Below, in pieces: positions 23,125-36,674 of a stretch of 64,000 nt of DNA. The notes beneath the pieces were generated by a model. It worked only from the letters and a program-made list of their open reading frames with translations. It was not told where the DNA came from and did not search any database. Both the position numbers and the translations under genes were made by a program. Source of the stretch: Callorhinchus milii (taxonomy: Eukaryota); contig NW_024704743.1 in the NCBI RefSeq assembly GCF_018977255.1, positions 58,034,001-58,098,000 of the forward strand, given 5' to 3'. Numbering within the stretch: the stretch's first letter is position 1; the number at the start of each line of letters is the position of its first letter.

Positions 23125-23525
23125 GAGTTTAGGTGACAGCCCCGGTAGCACTCATCTCTGATTTAGAAGGTTGTGGGTTCAAATCCCATTCTGGGACTTT
23201 GAGCTTCCACCTCAATACAGTGCTGTTGATGCACTAATTGTTGGAAATGCCATATTTTGGATGAAATCTTAAACCAAAGTCTGGTCTGTCTGTTCAGGTG
23301 GTCAATAAAAATCTCATGACACTCTTCGAAAAGAGAAGGGATTTTCTCCTGATGTCCTGACCAACAACCCTCCAGCTATAATTAGGCATTCACTTTACAG
23401 CTGTTTTGGGGACATTGCTGTGTTTAAATTGCTTGCCACATTTCCCCTAGAAATACTTATTACTGTAAATGCTATGAAGCTCTTTGAGATGCTTTAATGA
23501 TGCGATGAGGCACAATATCAAATGT
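23125..23525 (+). mobile_element. Old full-length Deu-domain SINE
   Basis: Head ggtagcactc..tctga..gaaggttgtgggttcaaatccc; Deu core gttcaggtgg..aatctcatgacact; tail. Confidence 0.8.
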
Positions 23526-24269
23526 TTTGTTACGTAATACAGAAATTAGAATTCCTGTTTCAGAGGTAACCCAATATAATAGTGTAAAAGTAAAGAGTTA
23601 GGTTGAGGATTCTTTTGACATTTTTAACATTTTTTAACAGTTCTTTTCCCTTTAACGTGTAATGGCTTTGTATCCCAATCACAAGGTGTATTTAATATTC
23701 TTAATTCAGATGGATGATCACCTCTTCTACATAGTAGTTGAAATGCCTCATTTTAATATGATCTCTCTTCCTATAGATTTTTCTGTAAAATGCATGAATC
23801 TATAATATGCAACATCATCATGGGCATGCTCTTGTGTAACATGATGAAGGTGCTTAGCATCAGAATGCAGTGACTGATTTAGACCTAGGGTTGTCTCAGT
23901 TCAGTGTGCTCCTGTAATCCCCATTTCAGAGATGGATTGTACAATAGCATTGTAAATGGGATCCATTTAGATAAAATTGTACCTTATTCAGGATCTTCAC
24001 TGTGACAATAACACAAATTGGTTCGACTTTCAATTATTCCTCTCTCCTTCCTTCCCACAGCAGCATTTCGCCAGATGGATCATATTGGGATCAGGATCAT
24101 TCCATGAAACAATGTACTACCAGGAGATCCATGATTTTGACATGATGTCAATTCTCTAGATTGTACTCCTTTTCAAGGACTTTGACTTTGTTCTGCATAA
24201 CAGATTTTAACTTCTCCTGATTGAATATTAATGACCTGGATTTACAGACCCAGTGAAATATAATAACAT

Positions 24270-24660
24270 TTGTAGATGAGGCCAAGTTGGGGTAACTGTT
24301 GAATGAGCAAAGCAGCAAAGATCTTGCAAAGAGATAATGATTAGAGATATTATGGGTGTTAGATGACTCACTATGTCATTTGTTTCAAGAACAAATTAGA
24401 TAGATTTCTGCTAGAAAATAATATCTCAGGATACAGCATATAGTTTGAGAAACAGCATATCAAGCATCTGCCAGGATGGTGAAAGGCGAACTAAATTGAC
24501 CTTGGTCTTCTTTCACCTAGCAAATTCTTATGTTTTTATGTCAAAACAGTCTGAGGCAGAAATAAACAAGGCAAAGAGGATGCTGGACTATATTACCAGG
24601 TCAGTTCCGTTCAGATCCCCCAGCGTCATATTCATGCTATATACTGCATTGGTCAAGGGA
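24270..24660 (+). mobile_element. CR1 fragments
   Basis: INKAKRMLDYITRSV..IFMLYTALVK (CR1 ORF2) plus UTR-like pieces. Confidence 0.7.
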
Positions 24661-24687
24661 GTCACATAACACACTAGATGTTAGTGT

Positions 24688-25015
24688 GGAGTCCTGTAGC
24701 TCAGTGGTTAGAGCACTTGCTTTGCAAGCAAGACACCTGAGTTCAATTCCAGGCAGGGCGAAACCTTGGGCAAGTTTCCTTACTCCACACACCTAATAAT
24801 AATCCCTCCAAAAACCAAAACAATAATAAATTGGTCATTTTCAATCTACGACTGTTTGTGGGACATTGCTGTGCGCAATTGGCTGCCGCGTTCGCCCACA
24901 AATATACAGTCAATTCACTTTGCAGTATATTCTGTGAAGCGCTTTGGGACATCCTCCCGACGTGAAAAGCGCTATATCAAATGCAAGGATTATTATTATT
25001 ATTATTATTATTATT
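24688..25015 (+). mobile_element. Young tRNA-Ala-like SINE (short subfamily)
   Basis: Near-identical to 2138-2463; long (ATT)n tail. Confidence 0.95.
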
Positions 25016-25029
25016 TAGATCTCCTTCAG

Positions 25030-25320
25030 TCTCCTGTTTGGCATATTGTATCCCAACCATGGAGTATATGTGTTTCTACCTTCTGTACGCAGCACCTTGC
25101 ATTTTTCTGTATTGATCTTCATTTATCAGTTATTGGCCTGTGTACCTTATCAAGCTATCTTTGTAAGATCTTTGCTTACCTCCTCTGATTTTACATCTCC
25201 CACCTTGTGTCACCTGCAGATTTAACTACTTTACACTGGGTCTGCGAATCCAAGTCATTAATGTGTATAAGGGACATGAGGAGATCTGATCCAGAACCCC
25301 GAAACACTCCACAGTGATCT
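25030..25320 (-). mobile_element. Degraded CR1 RT fragment
   Basis: Reverse complement resembles GVP..INDLD..K(F)ADDT..KCKVL. Confidence 0.55.
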
Positions 25321-25564
25321 CTGCTATTTTAAATCACATTATAAATAAGTTATGAAACAAGCGGTCTGAAAGTCTGGTTTAATAGCACTTTTGGCAATTC
25401 ATGGTTATAATGTGGAAATTCAATTTGCAACTGACATTCCCAAATGTTCTGTGTATAACACCAACCTTAATTTAAGTCTGAATAATTTGGAACCCACAAC
25501 CTTTTGATCGAGAAGTCAGCAGGCACCAACTGAACCAAGATGATATCAAAAGATTGAGGAATAG

Positions 25565-25965
25565 AGATTTTTTTTTGGGTCAACCAGGTGTCTGACACAT
25601 ACGGAAACTCATCATCATGCATAAGAGTATCCAAACCAAGCCGAGAATTCCATGCATTCCACCTACATATGGAAATCCCAGAGATAGATTATTGGAATGG
25701 AATGCACAATATCTCCCTGGAGGGATGCATCCTGCTTACCTAATTCCAGAAAGTATTAGGCGCAGTTAGGCAAGAGCCAAGGCTTGTGGACCCCAGAGTG
25801 TGTGTTGGGGTAATGCTGGAGTCTAACCAACTAAAACTGCGTAGCTTGCCATTGATATTGCTGTCTGACAAGCTTTGCCGCTGCTTGTCCAGCTAGGACC
25901 ACCCTACCCATTATGGCTTTGACTTGCAGGGTTGACAGATGCTGACTGGGATGACTCCCTCTCCC
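25565..25965 (-). repeat. Unclassified old interspersed repeat (family X)
   Basis: Collinear similarity to 45765-46100; motif gagtatccaaaccaagccgagaattcc recurs at ~49692 and ~61896 and in reverse complement at ~53995. Confidence 0.65.
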
Positions 25966-26669
25966 CAATAGAGAAAAAAGTCTGTAAATATGATTAATAA
26001 GGAACAGTCACAACACTTCACAGTGAACCAGGTGAAGTGCTTTAAGAAGTTCCAATGACATGATAAGGCACTATATCAAATGCAAGGATTATTATTATTA
26101 TTAAGTAAGAAAAGGTCTTATTTTCAACCAGCTGTTTCAGTGAATGCAGCTGCAGGATGAATTTACCATGAATGTGTTTTGCAATAGTTGATCATTTTGC
26201 TGTTTAAAACAGGTGCCTCCAATAAATAAAATGTTTACTGATTTCAAATTGCAATGGATAACAGCTTGTCAATGTTCAAAATGTAATTAGTTTATTTATG
26301 GAACAGATGTTATTTAATACACAGTAATAATGAGCAACCTGTAGCCATAAGATGAGGAAACTAATATTTGAATAATCGACTGGCAGAGCTTACCTTCACT
26401 GCTTGCTGCGTGTCTTTGGATATGTGTATTTCTGTTGTAATGATAACTACTATGAACCCCCGCTGCTTCGTTCACAAGTGCTTAACTTCCACCCATAACA
26501 AGCGTCACAACTATCTGCAAATAATGTCATAACATCATAAGGATCCCCAGATAATAATTAATAAACAAAGAATAAACTGTTCATTCATTTCTGCATGGAA
26601 CAACAAAGAAGGACGTTGACATTTCTAGCTTATTACAGATGAAACACAGACACATGTTTAGGAATATCA

Positions 26670-27097
26670 CAACCTTCACAGACAGAAGGAGGCCGTTCAC
26701 CTCGTTGTGCCTGAGCTGCTGGCACCTCCCACGATGGAGATATTGGTTCTAAGCATAATCTGCTGCCCTTTCCCTTTATCCTTTAATATTATTTTTCCTC
26801 AAATATTTATCCAATCTTCTTTTACATGCTGTCATGGACTCGGTCTGGTGAGGCATTCCATATTCTAACAACCTTCTATGTAAAATGTTTCCTCTAAGTT
26901 GCCCCTCTTGCTTTATTCTGATATTAATCTTCCATTTATGGTCTTTTGTTACTCACTCACAAATGCGTGAAATGATCCTATCTTGATTAGCTCTACCAAG
27001 AAGCAGGAAAATGGACATACGCAGAGTGGATCATGTGTAGATAAATGCCAGCACAGGCTTAATGCTGAATTGCCACTTTCTGTGCTGCAATATTCTA
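26670..27097. mobile_element. CR1 3' fragments (minus at ~26670-27000, plus tail at ~27010-27097)
   Basis: gcattccatattctaacaacc..tgtaaaatgtttcct; tail tttctgtgctgcaatattctatg. Confidence 0.6.
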
Positions 27098-29381
27098 TGT
27101 GGTGAAAAGTGCCTTCATCATCACTGGTGAGCTAAAGCCAATATTCCATGAAGAGATCCTGAAATGCCGGGCTCTGGGATCAGCAACAACAATCACAGCC
27201 ACTAGAGGGAACACGGATTGCAGCAGTGAAATCTTGGAATCAGCATCAGGCTTGATTGAAGGCAGAGAACGAGAGAGGAAGGGAGGTCCAGAAACATGAC
27301 CAATCTTTAGCAATAGATGGAAAATTGTGATGTTACTGAAGAGATTCATTAACACATCAGGAGGTAGAAATTCTACCTGGATGTAGGTGCACTCCATTAA
27401 CAGCATTTCACAGCATCCAGAATTTGGCAAATTCTTCAATTCAGTTTTTACTTTGAAAGCTGTTTTCTGTAGTTCTTAACCAAACCAGACTTTGAAATTA
27501 AAGACCATATTTAAGAAATTGACGAACTATGGATGCTCTAAAAGTTGTATTAATGGGTAAATCCAGACCCACCTGGAATTTTACCCCAATAAGCTGTTAA
27601 GAAACAGTTCATTTTTCACCCCATAGTAAACACAACTTGTATCTGCACACACTCATTTCTTATTTTTCAGACTTAACCAGACTTCTGGGGTTTACAGTTT
27701 GCACTGTAAAAGGAAATAAAACCGAACTTTATTTTATTTCACATTTATAAGATAAACAAATCGGTACCATGTGCATTTATTTTAAAAAGAAAGTGATGCG
27801 GACTGTCCTAGTCATGTTTCATTGGCGCAGGAAAAACGAAGAAATGTTTTGAAAGGAACATTTTGACAAATGTGTTTATTGAGGAAATAGGCCAACTGAA
27901 TGAGATATAAATTTTAGTTCCCTGGCACAACGCTGTTTGCTAGATTGCTCTCCACATTAATGGATTGCGCTGTCAGATGGTGATCTCTGATAATTAACTT
28001 TCATCGGCACGGCAACAAGCCAGTAAAGGTAGCACAAAGCAAATTAGCAATGAATCACAAAGCATCAAAACCAATGTCCCAGTTGAGTGCTGCAGGGGAG
28101 TGTTCTTTGTTGTATAACATATGAGAAAGTTCCAGAGCTGCAAGAATGAGGCCTTTATATCAGCACTAGGTACATTGGTAACCCCAGGCAGCAGTTTCAC
28201 CTCTGCACCGCCACCGATTTCTCATTTTATCTACAACTTTAGCTGACTGAAGGTAGAAAAATCACAGCAGAAATTGCACTGAACTAGTAGATTATACATA
28301 CACATTGTTTGTATGTGTGTTCGTGCATGTGTGTGTGTGAAACAATAAAATGCTCACATGTTGACAAACATAATAGCCCTTGTGAATTATATATAATAAT
28401 ATAGGTCTTTGTTCCTGCCATGCATCCACAGTGAGCCTGCCGTTGCTGGATTACATTGAATCCATTTGGCCCAACTCGTCGCTGCATGTGTTTATGTTCC
28501 ATTCCACATAGTCTCCAGTACTCCTGATCCCCGCTATTCCTGTCTCTTGAATATAGATGAGATTAACAGTAAAAGTAAAAGCAATTTCTAAAATGATTAC
28601 AGTGGTGGCAATGTTGGTTGCTTGCTTTGTCTGCTATTTGGGAATTCAGTTCTAGTTGTGAGTCACAAGCTAAATGGTTTACAGCAGTGATTATTACTTT
28701 GTATTCTAGATTTTTGATCACCTTAAACATATTATTAGATTGCAGTTTATCTATCACAAAATCACAACAGAATTTCGGATTAAGAATGGCTTTCAGCCCA
28801 TTTGATGTCTTTCTTACAGAAGACCTTTACTTTCGTCCTCCCATTACAACATCAAATTGGCTTTTAAAACTATGTCCTTTAAGAACTTGAATTCTTTAAG
28901 ATTCTGCCCCAAGCTTCTTTAGTGTGAACGCTCTCAGCTTCCACTGCCTCTCCTCATAATTCAAGTGACTAATTTCAGCTATCAATCTGGTTGCCCTTGG
29001 CTGTGGGGATGCAATTCTGTGGTGGGGCACAGCAGAGAGAGCTAGTTTATAACTGACCTGGGACTGCTTAATACTGTGTTCTCACTGGGTACCTGAAATG
29101 GAAACATTTCTTCATTCCCACACACTTCACCTTGATAATCACAACATTCTTCACAAGTTTTTTTAAATTTGTGATTATGCTAAATTGTAATAGTTGGACA
29201 TGTAAGTACAAAACAATAGAAATACATAAAACCCACTGTGATTTTCCATTCGGACTAATGGAACCCTAAGGATGGGTTGAGCATTGGAATACCACCACAA
29301 GGCACATGCTTTGTTGATCTCAACTGTGCACAATATGTATGGGAGGCACGGAATGGAAATAAGGTATATCGGTGCAGGGAA

Positions 29382-29819
29382 TGAATAATAATCCGTGCAT
29401 TTCATATAACCCTTTTCACATCAGTAAGACATCCCAAAGATCTTCACAAGCTAAAATGGATCGACTGTGTGTTTTGTGATTGAATCCAGCAAACAATTTA
29501 CAAACAGCAATGTCCCTCACATTGCCAGAGAGTAAGTGAGCAATTATATTTGGGGGATTGTTGCCCAGGACTCCGGAGAAATTCCCTTCTCTTTTTGAAT
29601 AGTGCCATGGGACCTTTAACTTCCACCTGGAAAGGCAGACAGAACCTCGGTTTAATGTCTCATCAGAAGCACGGCACCTCTAATAATGCAGCACAACCCC
29701 AGCACTGCATGGCTGCTGGATTCATTCACAAAACACACCTTACAATATATATTGTGAAGATCTTTGGGATATCTTCCTGATGTGAAAGGGGTTATATGAT
29801 ATGCAAGGATTATTATTCA
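29382..29819 (-). mobile_element. Deu-domain SINE with an inverted copy of its own 3' ~110 bp
   Basis: Deu core at 29550-29710 on minus; 29382-29491 and 29713-29819 are inverted repeats. Confidence 0.82.
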
Positions 29820-30659
29820 ATTCCCTACACCAATATGCCTTGTTTTCATTCAGTGCCTCCGATACATATCAGCTTAGACTATATGAGTTCTAAGTAAGTG
29901 AAAAATGGATCTTCGCTAGCTTGCATTAATGCACCTTATGGTAACTGATCAATAGCAATACTTCCTGAGATCTGGGAATAGGTGGATAATCAATGGATAA
30001 CAGGTGGGTAATTTTAGTCACATAGCAATCATGTCATGATGAGACTTGAGCAAAGAGAAGGTTAAAACAAACTTTATTATAATAGAACCTGCTGAACTGT
30101 AACATTAAGGAGTTACTCTCATTTCAGTTTTGCAATATCTTCTAAATGGATGACTTAGAGCAAAGCATCAGCTGTTAAAGTGATTCATTATGTGACATAT
30201 TGATTGTTCTACAAAGACATCAGTGGGACTAAAATAAAATCAGAATGCAGTCAAAAAGGTTTGACATGTATGTCAGATGTAAAATCGACTCACTGTAAAC
30301 AAAGAATGAAAACCTCAGTGGCATAGCAACATCAGATTTTCCAATCTCAATTCCTAGTATAGGCAACAGGTGCTTGTTTATTATAAGGTGGTTTATTTTG
30401 TTAGTAAATGCTTTACTTTGATCATAACATAACACATCAACTCAGCCAGTGATCTATCATGTGATAAGATAAGGACAGCAAATCACTGAACAGATTATGT
30501 TTTGGCACTCATGCTGGCATTATTTTGTCAGGTTATCAAATCACTATTCTAAATAACTATTAATAGCTGATTAGTGAGATCTAAAATTGGTTCATGACCA
30601 TTTTTGATTCTTGAGGCTAAAATTTTGATAGTAATTCTAAGGCTTATAGGAGGCAATAA

Positions 30660-30860
30660 TGCAGCCAATAATCCTCTGCATAAAATTGGTCATTTATTTC
30701 ATGGCTGTTTGTGGGGCATTATCGTTTGCACAATGGCAGCCCCGTTCGCCTACAAAATACACAGTCACTACAGTTTATCGAAAATCCTGTGGAACACTTT
30801 GCGATTTTTCCTGACATCACAAGAACTATATCATTTGCAAAGATTATTATTTATTATTTA
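30660..30860 (+). mobile_element. Old Deu-type SINE 3' half
   Basis: ttggtcatttatttcatggctgtttgtgggg..tgcaaagattattatt. Confidence 0.7.
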
Positions 30861-31144
30861 TTATGTGATTTGATAATTATCAGCATGTTATTGGAAACAT
30901 TTTAAAATCATGAATCTGGCAGTGGGGAACACAGACTTCAGACTTGTTCACCAGATAGAGGTAACAATCATTTGAAAAATTGAAGCTAAAAATCAATTAT
31001 TGCAGCTCAGTTTCACAAATCAAAATTAATCACTGAGATATAATATAATAATCCTTGCATTTGATTAATCTCCTTATCACTGCTGACAAACAGACTCAAA
31101 GCGCTTTACTGTGAAGTGTAGTTACTGTGTATTCATTGGTGAAC

Positions 31145-31335
31145 GTAGTCTTGTTGACATTTGACTGTAGCACGTTAGCTCTCATCCATGATTTGATGTC
31201 TGATATACATTCTGTCAGGATAACAGTGTTCCTGAAGTCAGCGATGGAGCCAGAGAGATAGAGTTGGGTGTCATCCGCAAACGTGTGGAAGTTGACCCCA
31301 TATCTGCGGATGAGTTCACCAAGAGGGAGGGGTAA
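31145..31335 (-). mobile_element. L2 RT fragment
   Basis: [35 protein letters not shown]. Confidence 0.9.
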
Positions 31336-31624
31336 TGTACAGAATAGTACATTAGTACACAATTGCTTGTGCTGTAAAGTTCTATGTAATTCTCCTAAGA
31401 GAGAGAAATTGGCCATTTTAGCTTCCATGGAAAACAAAAGGCTGACTTGCAATTCATTCAGTCACACAGCGAACAGGGAGTGACAATGATGCAAGCTGAT
31501 GATGAGGAAGTCAAACTATTTTTCTGATACACAAAATGGTTGGTACACAGGGAGTGGGGTGGCCGGCTGTGTACATACATTGTGGAACCAGCTTTTGTGC
31601 CTTACTTTTATGAATCTTTCCATG

Positions 31625-32097
31625 GAAATAGTACAGTGTAGATTTACTATGATGATACCAGGGCTGGCAGGTTATTATTATCAGGATAGATGGGATAGGT
31701 TAGGCCTTTTTCACCAGAGAAGAGACATTAAAGAGTAAACCTAATAGAGGTGTTCAAAATCATAAAAGGGTTTAATAAATTGCATAAATAGACTGTTTCC
31801 ACTTATTGGGAACTCTGTAACTGAGGGCACAAGTATTAGATAGGTGATCCACTCTAGGGGATCTAAAAACAACTTAACACAGAAGAGAATGTGAAACTCG
31901 TTCCCTGAATCAGTGGTTGAATCAGATAATATGGACGCATTAAGAGGAACTTAGATTTGCACATGAGGAGAAGGGAAGAGAAGGAAGGGATGGAGTATGG
32001 AGTGAGTGGAGACTTATGTGGAGTATAAACACTGGCATGGATAGGGTAGGTCAAATGGCCTGTTTCCATGTTGTATAACCTATATAAATCTATGTAA
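31625..32097 (+). mobile_element. CR1 3' fragment
   Basis: RFTMMIPGL..YQDRWDRLGLF; LIEVFKIIKGFN; tail ggcctgtttccatgttgtataac. Confidence 0.8.
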
Positions 32098-32304
32098 ATC
32101 AATCCCAACCACTACGTTACAATGTTGTGCATTGGTATCCAGAGGTAAAAGTCATGCCCATTTCCATTCTGCCTGGTGAATATGAACACTGAGAATATAT
32201 CTGGGCTTGACAACAAATGAGCACACCTCAAACACCTGTCTGCTGATTGCTGTTGAATGGACATTCACTAATAAAACTCATAGAATCATAGGAGTGTAGT
32301 TTAT

Positions 32305-32620
32305 AATAAATAATAATAATCCGTGCATTTGATATTGTGCTTTTCAGGTCTTCTAGACATCTCAAAGCGCTTCACAGAATATACTGTAAAGTGAATCGAC
32401 TGTATATTTGTAGGTGAAACTCGGCAGCCAATTGCGCGCAGCAGTGTCCCACAAACAGTTGTGGATTGAAGTGACCAAATTATTATTTCATTTTTTTTCT
32501 TGAGGGATTATTATCAGGTGTGTGCAGTAAGGAAACTTGCCAAGGTTTCATCCTGCCAGGAATCAAACCCAAGTCTCTCGCTTGCTAGGCGAGTGCTCTA
32601 AACACTGAGCTACAGGACGT
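32305..32620 (-). mobile_element. Intermediate-age SINE (short form)
   Basis: Full head and tail; older tctagaa loop. Confidence 0.88.
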
Positions 32621-32919
32621 CACTGTAATTTGTGAGATTTTAAAGGTACCACATAATTATTATATTAAATCTGTTATGAGATGGTGGTGTTTCAGTTGAT
32701 ATTTACTGAATGTGTTCAGGTCTGAACATCATCGCAGCTTTATGCAGCTATAGCACAATATAGGAGTTTCTCAAAACACTAATAATAAAGCATTAATGTT
32801 GAATATACTTTTCCCCACAATAATATTTTATTGTAGCTTTTTGATTGAAGTACAGGACTGAGAAATACCTTTTTAAAAAATCAGTATTGCCTCTCTTGCA
32901 GGCTCTAGTTTGTATTGGT

Positions 32920-33440
32920 AGGTGTCAGCCTAGTTGAATGGTAGCACGTTCATCTCTGAGTCACGGGTTGTGGATGAACCTTCAGAGGTTGAACTTCTCT
33001 GGTCTAGGCTGACACTCCAAAGCAGTGCTAGAGGTGCACAACATTGTCAGCGGTGCAGTCCTTCATATGAGATGTTAAACCAAAGACCCAACTGCCTCTT
33101 CAGGTGGACTAAAGATCCCATGGCTCTGTTCGAAAAGAGAAGGGATTGTCTCCTGGTGATCTGGGCAGCAACCTCCTCTTAATAAAATTTGTCATTCACT
33201 TCATGGCTGTGCATGACCCCAGACCCCTGACTGTTCAGCACTTTGGGACATCCTCCCGATGTGAAAGGCGCACTATAAATGTGATTTTGTTGTTGTTGTA
33301 CATGGGGCTTTGCTGTACAGAAATGGGCTGCTGCATTTGCATACAAATTACACAGACTTTATACTTTACAGTATATCTTGTGAAGCACTTTGAGGCATCT
33401 CTTCACATGAAAGGAACTACACCAAATGTGAGGATTATTA
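32920..33440 (+). mobile_element. Old full-length Deu SINE interrupted by an L2 tail (~33215-33299)
   Basis: Head, Deu core ttcaggtggactaaagatcccatggc and tail; the inserted piece ends ataaatgtgattttgttgttgttg. Confidence 0.8.
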
Positions 33441-34589
33441 TTACTCTCGCATTGAGTTGGAAGATCTCTTAAAACTTTCTACATCCTTTAAAAATGATGG
33501 TCATCTTTGGAGGCTGAATGGTTGACAATCTCCCCCGGTGTATAATCACGACTAATTATTGTATTCTTGTGTTCTTAAAGATCATTAAACCTTTTATCTC
33601 TGCTAAAGACAATGGACATTGCTTTTAAGAGCTGTGACTCAGAGCTATTTGTAGAATACATTTGTTTCTCAAATGGTCCCTGGAGAGCTCTTAAATTGTG
33701 AGCTATTTTCAAAAGGTTTATCTGTGAATCCATAAGGAATTAGCTAGTGAAAGGCAGAACACTATATTCCAAGTTTATGGCACTGTTATGCTCTTCAGCA
33801 TAATACTTCAGAATGCTAACTTGAGAGAGGCACAGTCAAGAATACCACCTCTCTGGGCTAAACCTGTCTATAGCAGAAGTGCTGCAGTCTGCTTTGAAAA
33901 TGACTAAGCAATTGCTATTTTGGAGGACCGCAGACCACCCAGGTTGTATGGCCCACTTTACTGGCAACGCACAATAATGCATTTTGACATGGTTTATGAA
34001 ATTTATTTGTTATGTTTGCAAATAAATAAAAGCAAGCTCCTCTATTGGCCAAGTGGTTTAAGACAGTTCCTGATGCAGAACTAGGCTATACACACCACGG
34101 TGTTTGGTCACAGTTCTGAGATTTCCTCAAATTTCTTCTCACCAGTCTCCCTAGCTCCACACTTCATACCCTCTCGCCAATATAGAACTCCATAGTCCAC
34201 AGTCTCTCTGCAAATTCTTCCTTGTTCAGCTCCATTGCATTCCCAGCAAATTGGCTCCAAGAATCTTGTCTCTATCTTCATTTCTCTTCATGATCTTTTC
34301 TCGTCCTCAACCTGCAATCGTCTACCACCTTATCTGACTATACTCTCTACTCTCTGGTTCTAATCTATTGCTTGTTCCTTATGCCTGCACCCTATTCTCT
34401 CAAACTCGCAAAAGCCCTTCAACTTGTGCCTTCTTTCCCTGCCCTCAATACCCTCATAAAAACATATCTTTTCGACCATGCCTTTAGTCAACACCCTAAA
34501 TTCTCACTCCTCTCTCCTTGGTGCGCAGCATCATCTCTATGAAGCTCTTTCTGATTTAATACTACATGAAATAATAATCATTCGTTAAT

Positions 34590-34873
34590 GTTTGATTTAA
34601 AATAGTTGTTAAAAGAAACAGAGGGGAGGTGAGGAGAAATGTTTTCACACAAGTTGCTCAGATCTGGAATGTATTTCCTGAAAGGGTGATGGAGCCGATT
34701 CACTAACAACTTTTAAGAGAGAAGTAGATAATTATTTGAGGAGGACGAGTTTGCAGAGCTATGGGGAGAGAGCGGGGGAGTGGGATTGATTTGGATAGCT
34801 CATTTCAAAGAGCCGGCAGAGACATGATGGGCTAAATGGTCTCCTTCTGTACTAAATAATTCTACGATTGTAT
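34590..34873 (+). mobile_element. CR1 3' fragment
   Basis: gaggggaggtgaggagaaatgttttcacacaa..tggaatg..gatgggctaaatggtctccttctgt..aattctacgattgtatga. Confidence 0.8.
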
Positions 34874-34961
34874 GAAGTGCCTTTCACGTCCGCAGGATGT
34901 TTCACAAGATGTACTCAAGTGGTGTGTGTGTTTTAGTGGGCAGAGTTGCTATATCAGTTGA

Positions 34962-35237
34962 CCCGCCCTTTCAGCCTCTTTGCCCCCACACTCTGGAACT
35001 CCATCCATGGTCCCCACGGTCCCTTCGCCTCACTTCTTCCCTTGCATCTTTTCAAGGCTGGTCTCAAGACCCTTCTCTTCGACCGTGATTTTGGTCTCCC
35101 TTCCACCTCTCTGCCTTTCCTCACCCCTACACCACCCCTCCCCCATGCTTGGGCCCTGCCACCTGACTGTTCAGCGCTTTGGGACGTCTTCCCGACGTGA
35201 AAGGCGCTCTATAAATGTAATTTTGTTGTTGTTGTTG
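34962..35237 (+). mobile_element. L2 3' fragment
   Basis: FSLFAPTLWNSI..FKAGLKTLLFDR; stem-loop; (TTG)n. Confidence 0.9.
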
Positions 35238-35659
35238 AGGGAATCTTTCACAAAATGATTTTGACTTGCATTTGATATAAAATTTACACTAACAGAAGAT
35301 AAAATAGAGAAAATGTTTGGAAATCATCGAGACGTGTTTTATACTGAACTTTAAAAACTGTGATCTCTTTCCTATCTTTTTAATGGAAAATCCCATTACA
35401 AGATTGCAGACTGCAAAATAGCCAATATGATGGAATCTCTTTATGCCTGCTTACTGTTGTTTATTATATTCGTAAGCACTTTGAGACATTCAATAGAGGT
35501 GAAAGTTCTATACAAGAGAAGTTGTTGTAGTTTCAGCTCTGCTTTTAGTGGAGTATGACATATCTAGCATGTCACACATACTCTGACATTACATTTGGCA
35601 ACGTAAGCAAGGTTTAAAAGATGTTTGATACTGGTGAAGTAGATCAAGTAGCGATGATC

Positions 35660-36372
35660 TGAGGATCGTACGCAACCTAGGGGTCAGGTTCGACCCCAAT
35701 TATCCTTCTTCCCCCACATCCAGTCCCTCACCAGCACCGTCTTCTTCCACCTCCGACGCATCGCCCACCTCCGCCAATATCTCATTCCAAAAGCCGCTGA
35801 AACCCTGGTCCATGCCTTTGTCACCTCTCGGCTGGACTATTCTAACGCCCTCCTTGCCGATCTCCCATCCACTACAATCCATAAAATCCAGATCAATGAA
35901 AACTGCGCCACCCGCATTCTCACCTGCACCAAACTCCACTCCCCGATCACCCCAGTCCTTGCCAGACTGCACTGGCTGCCTATCCCAGAAAGGATCGATT
36001 TCAAAATCCTCACCCTTGTATTCAAATCCCTCCACTCCTCTGCAGCCCCCCTACCTCTCTGACCTCCTTTCCCCTCAAAACGGTACCCGCTGCTTTCGTT
36101 CCTTCAGATTTGGCCTCCTCCTCCGCTCCACCCTCGGCGACTGTGCCTTCAGCCACTATACCCCAAGGCTCTGGAACTCCCTTCCTCATTCCCTTCACCT
36201 CATCCCCTCTCTTCCTATTTTCAGGTCTCTGCTGAAGACTTTCCTCTTTGACCGCGCCTTTGGTCACCTTCCTCCCCATTCCCTGCCTCGGCGCCGGGAT
36301 CCGTTACTGTTAAGCGCTCTGAGACGCCGTCCGGTGTGGAGGGCGCTATAAAAATCCAAGTTGTTGTTGTTG
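35660..36372 (+). mobile_element. L2 3' fragment (second L2 family)
   Basis: [43 protein letters not shown]; variant stem-loop; (GTT)n. Confidence 0.92.
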
Positions 36373-36674
36373 ATGATGGGGTTGTATAAGCACAAGTAAA
36401 GCATGGAATAAGATAGGGTGTACCAAGTTCACTCTTTTCATAGGCCATACACAGTCCAATCTATCTTGGATTTACCCAATCTATTTAATCTCCTGAGGAA
36501 AAATTTTATATAAATATTCCTGCCAAATATTATTATGGATAATATCTGATGTTCATTCATCCTCATCTTTCTCCACTCTTCAGTCCTGGCTCTCTATGTT
36601 TCTATAACCTTCAGTTTCATACTTCTTCCAACCATGTCTCATTTCCTAAGGAGTTAATAGACTTAGGTTCAACT

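Noticed and set aside
24035..24160. Strong plus-strand acceptor ccttcccacag
   Set aside because: All frames stop within ~33 codons and no good donor follows
24766..25188. Recurrent ORF MGKFPYST... (also 2216, 44013, 59204)
   Set aside because: Incidental translation of SINE copies from a non-ATG start; the poly-Tyr comes from the (ATT)n tail
27095..27439. Overlapping 114-aa and 66-aa ORFs
   Set aside because: No recognisable domain or splice structure
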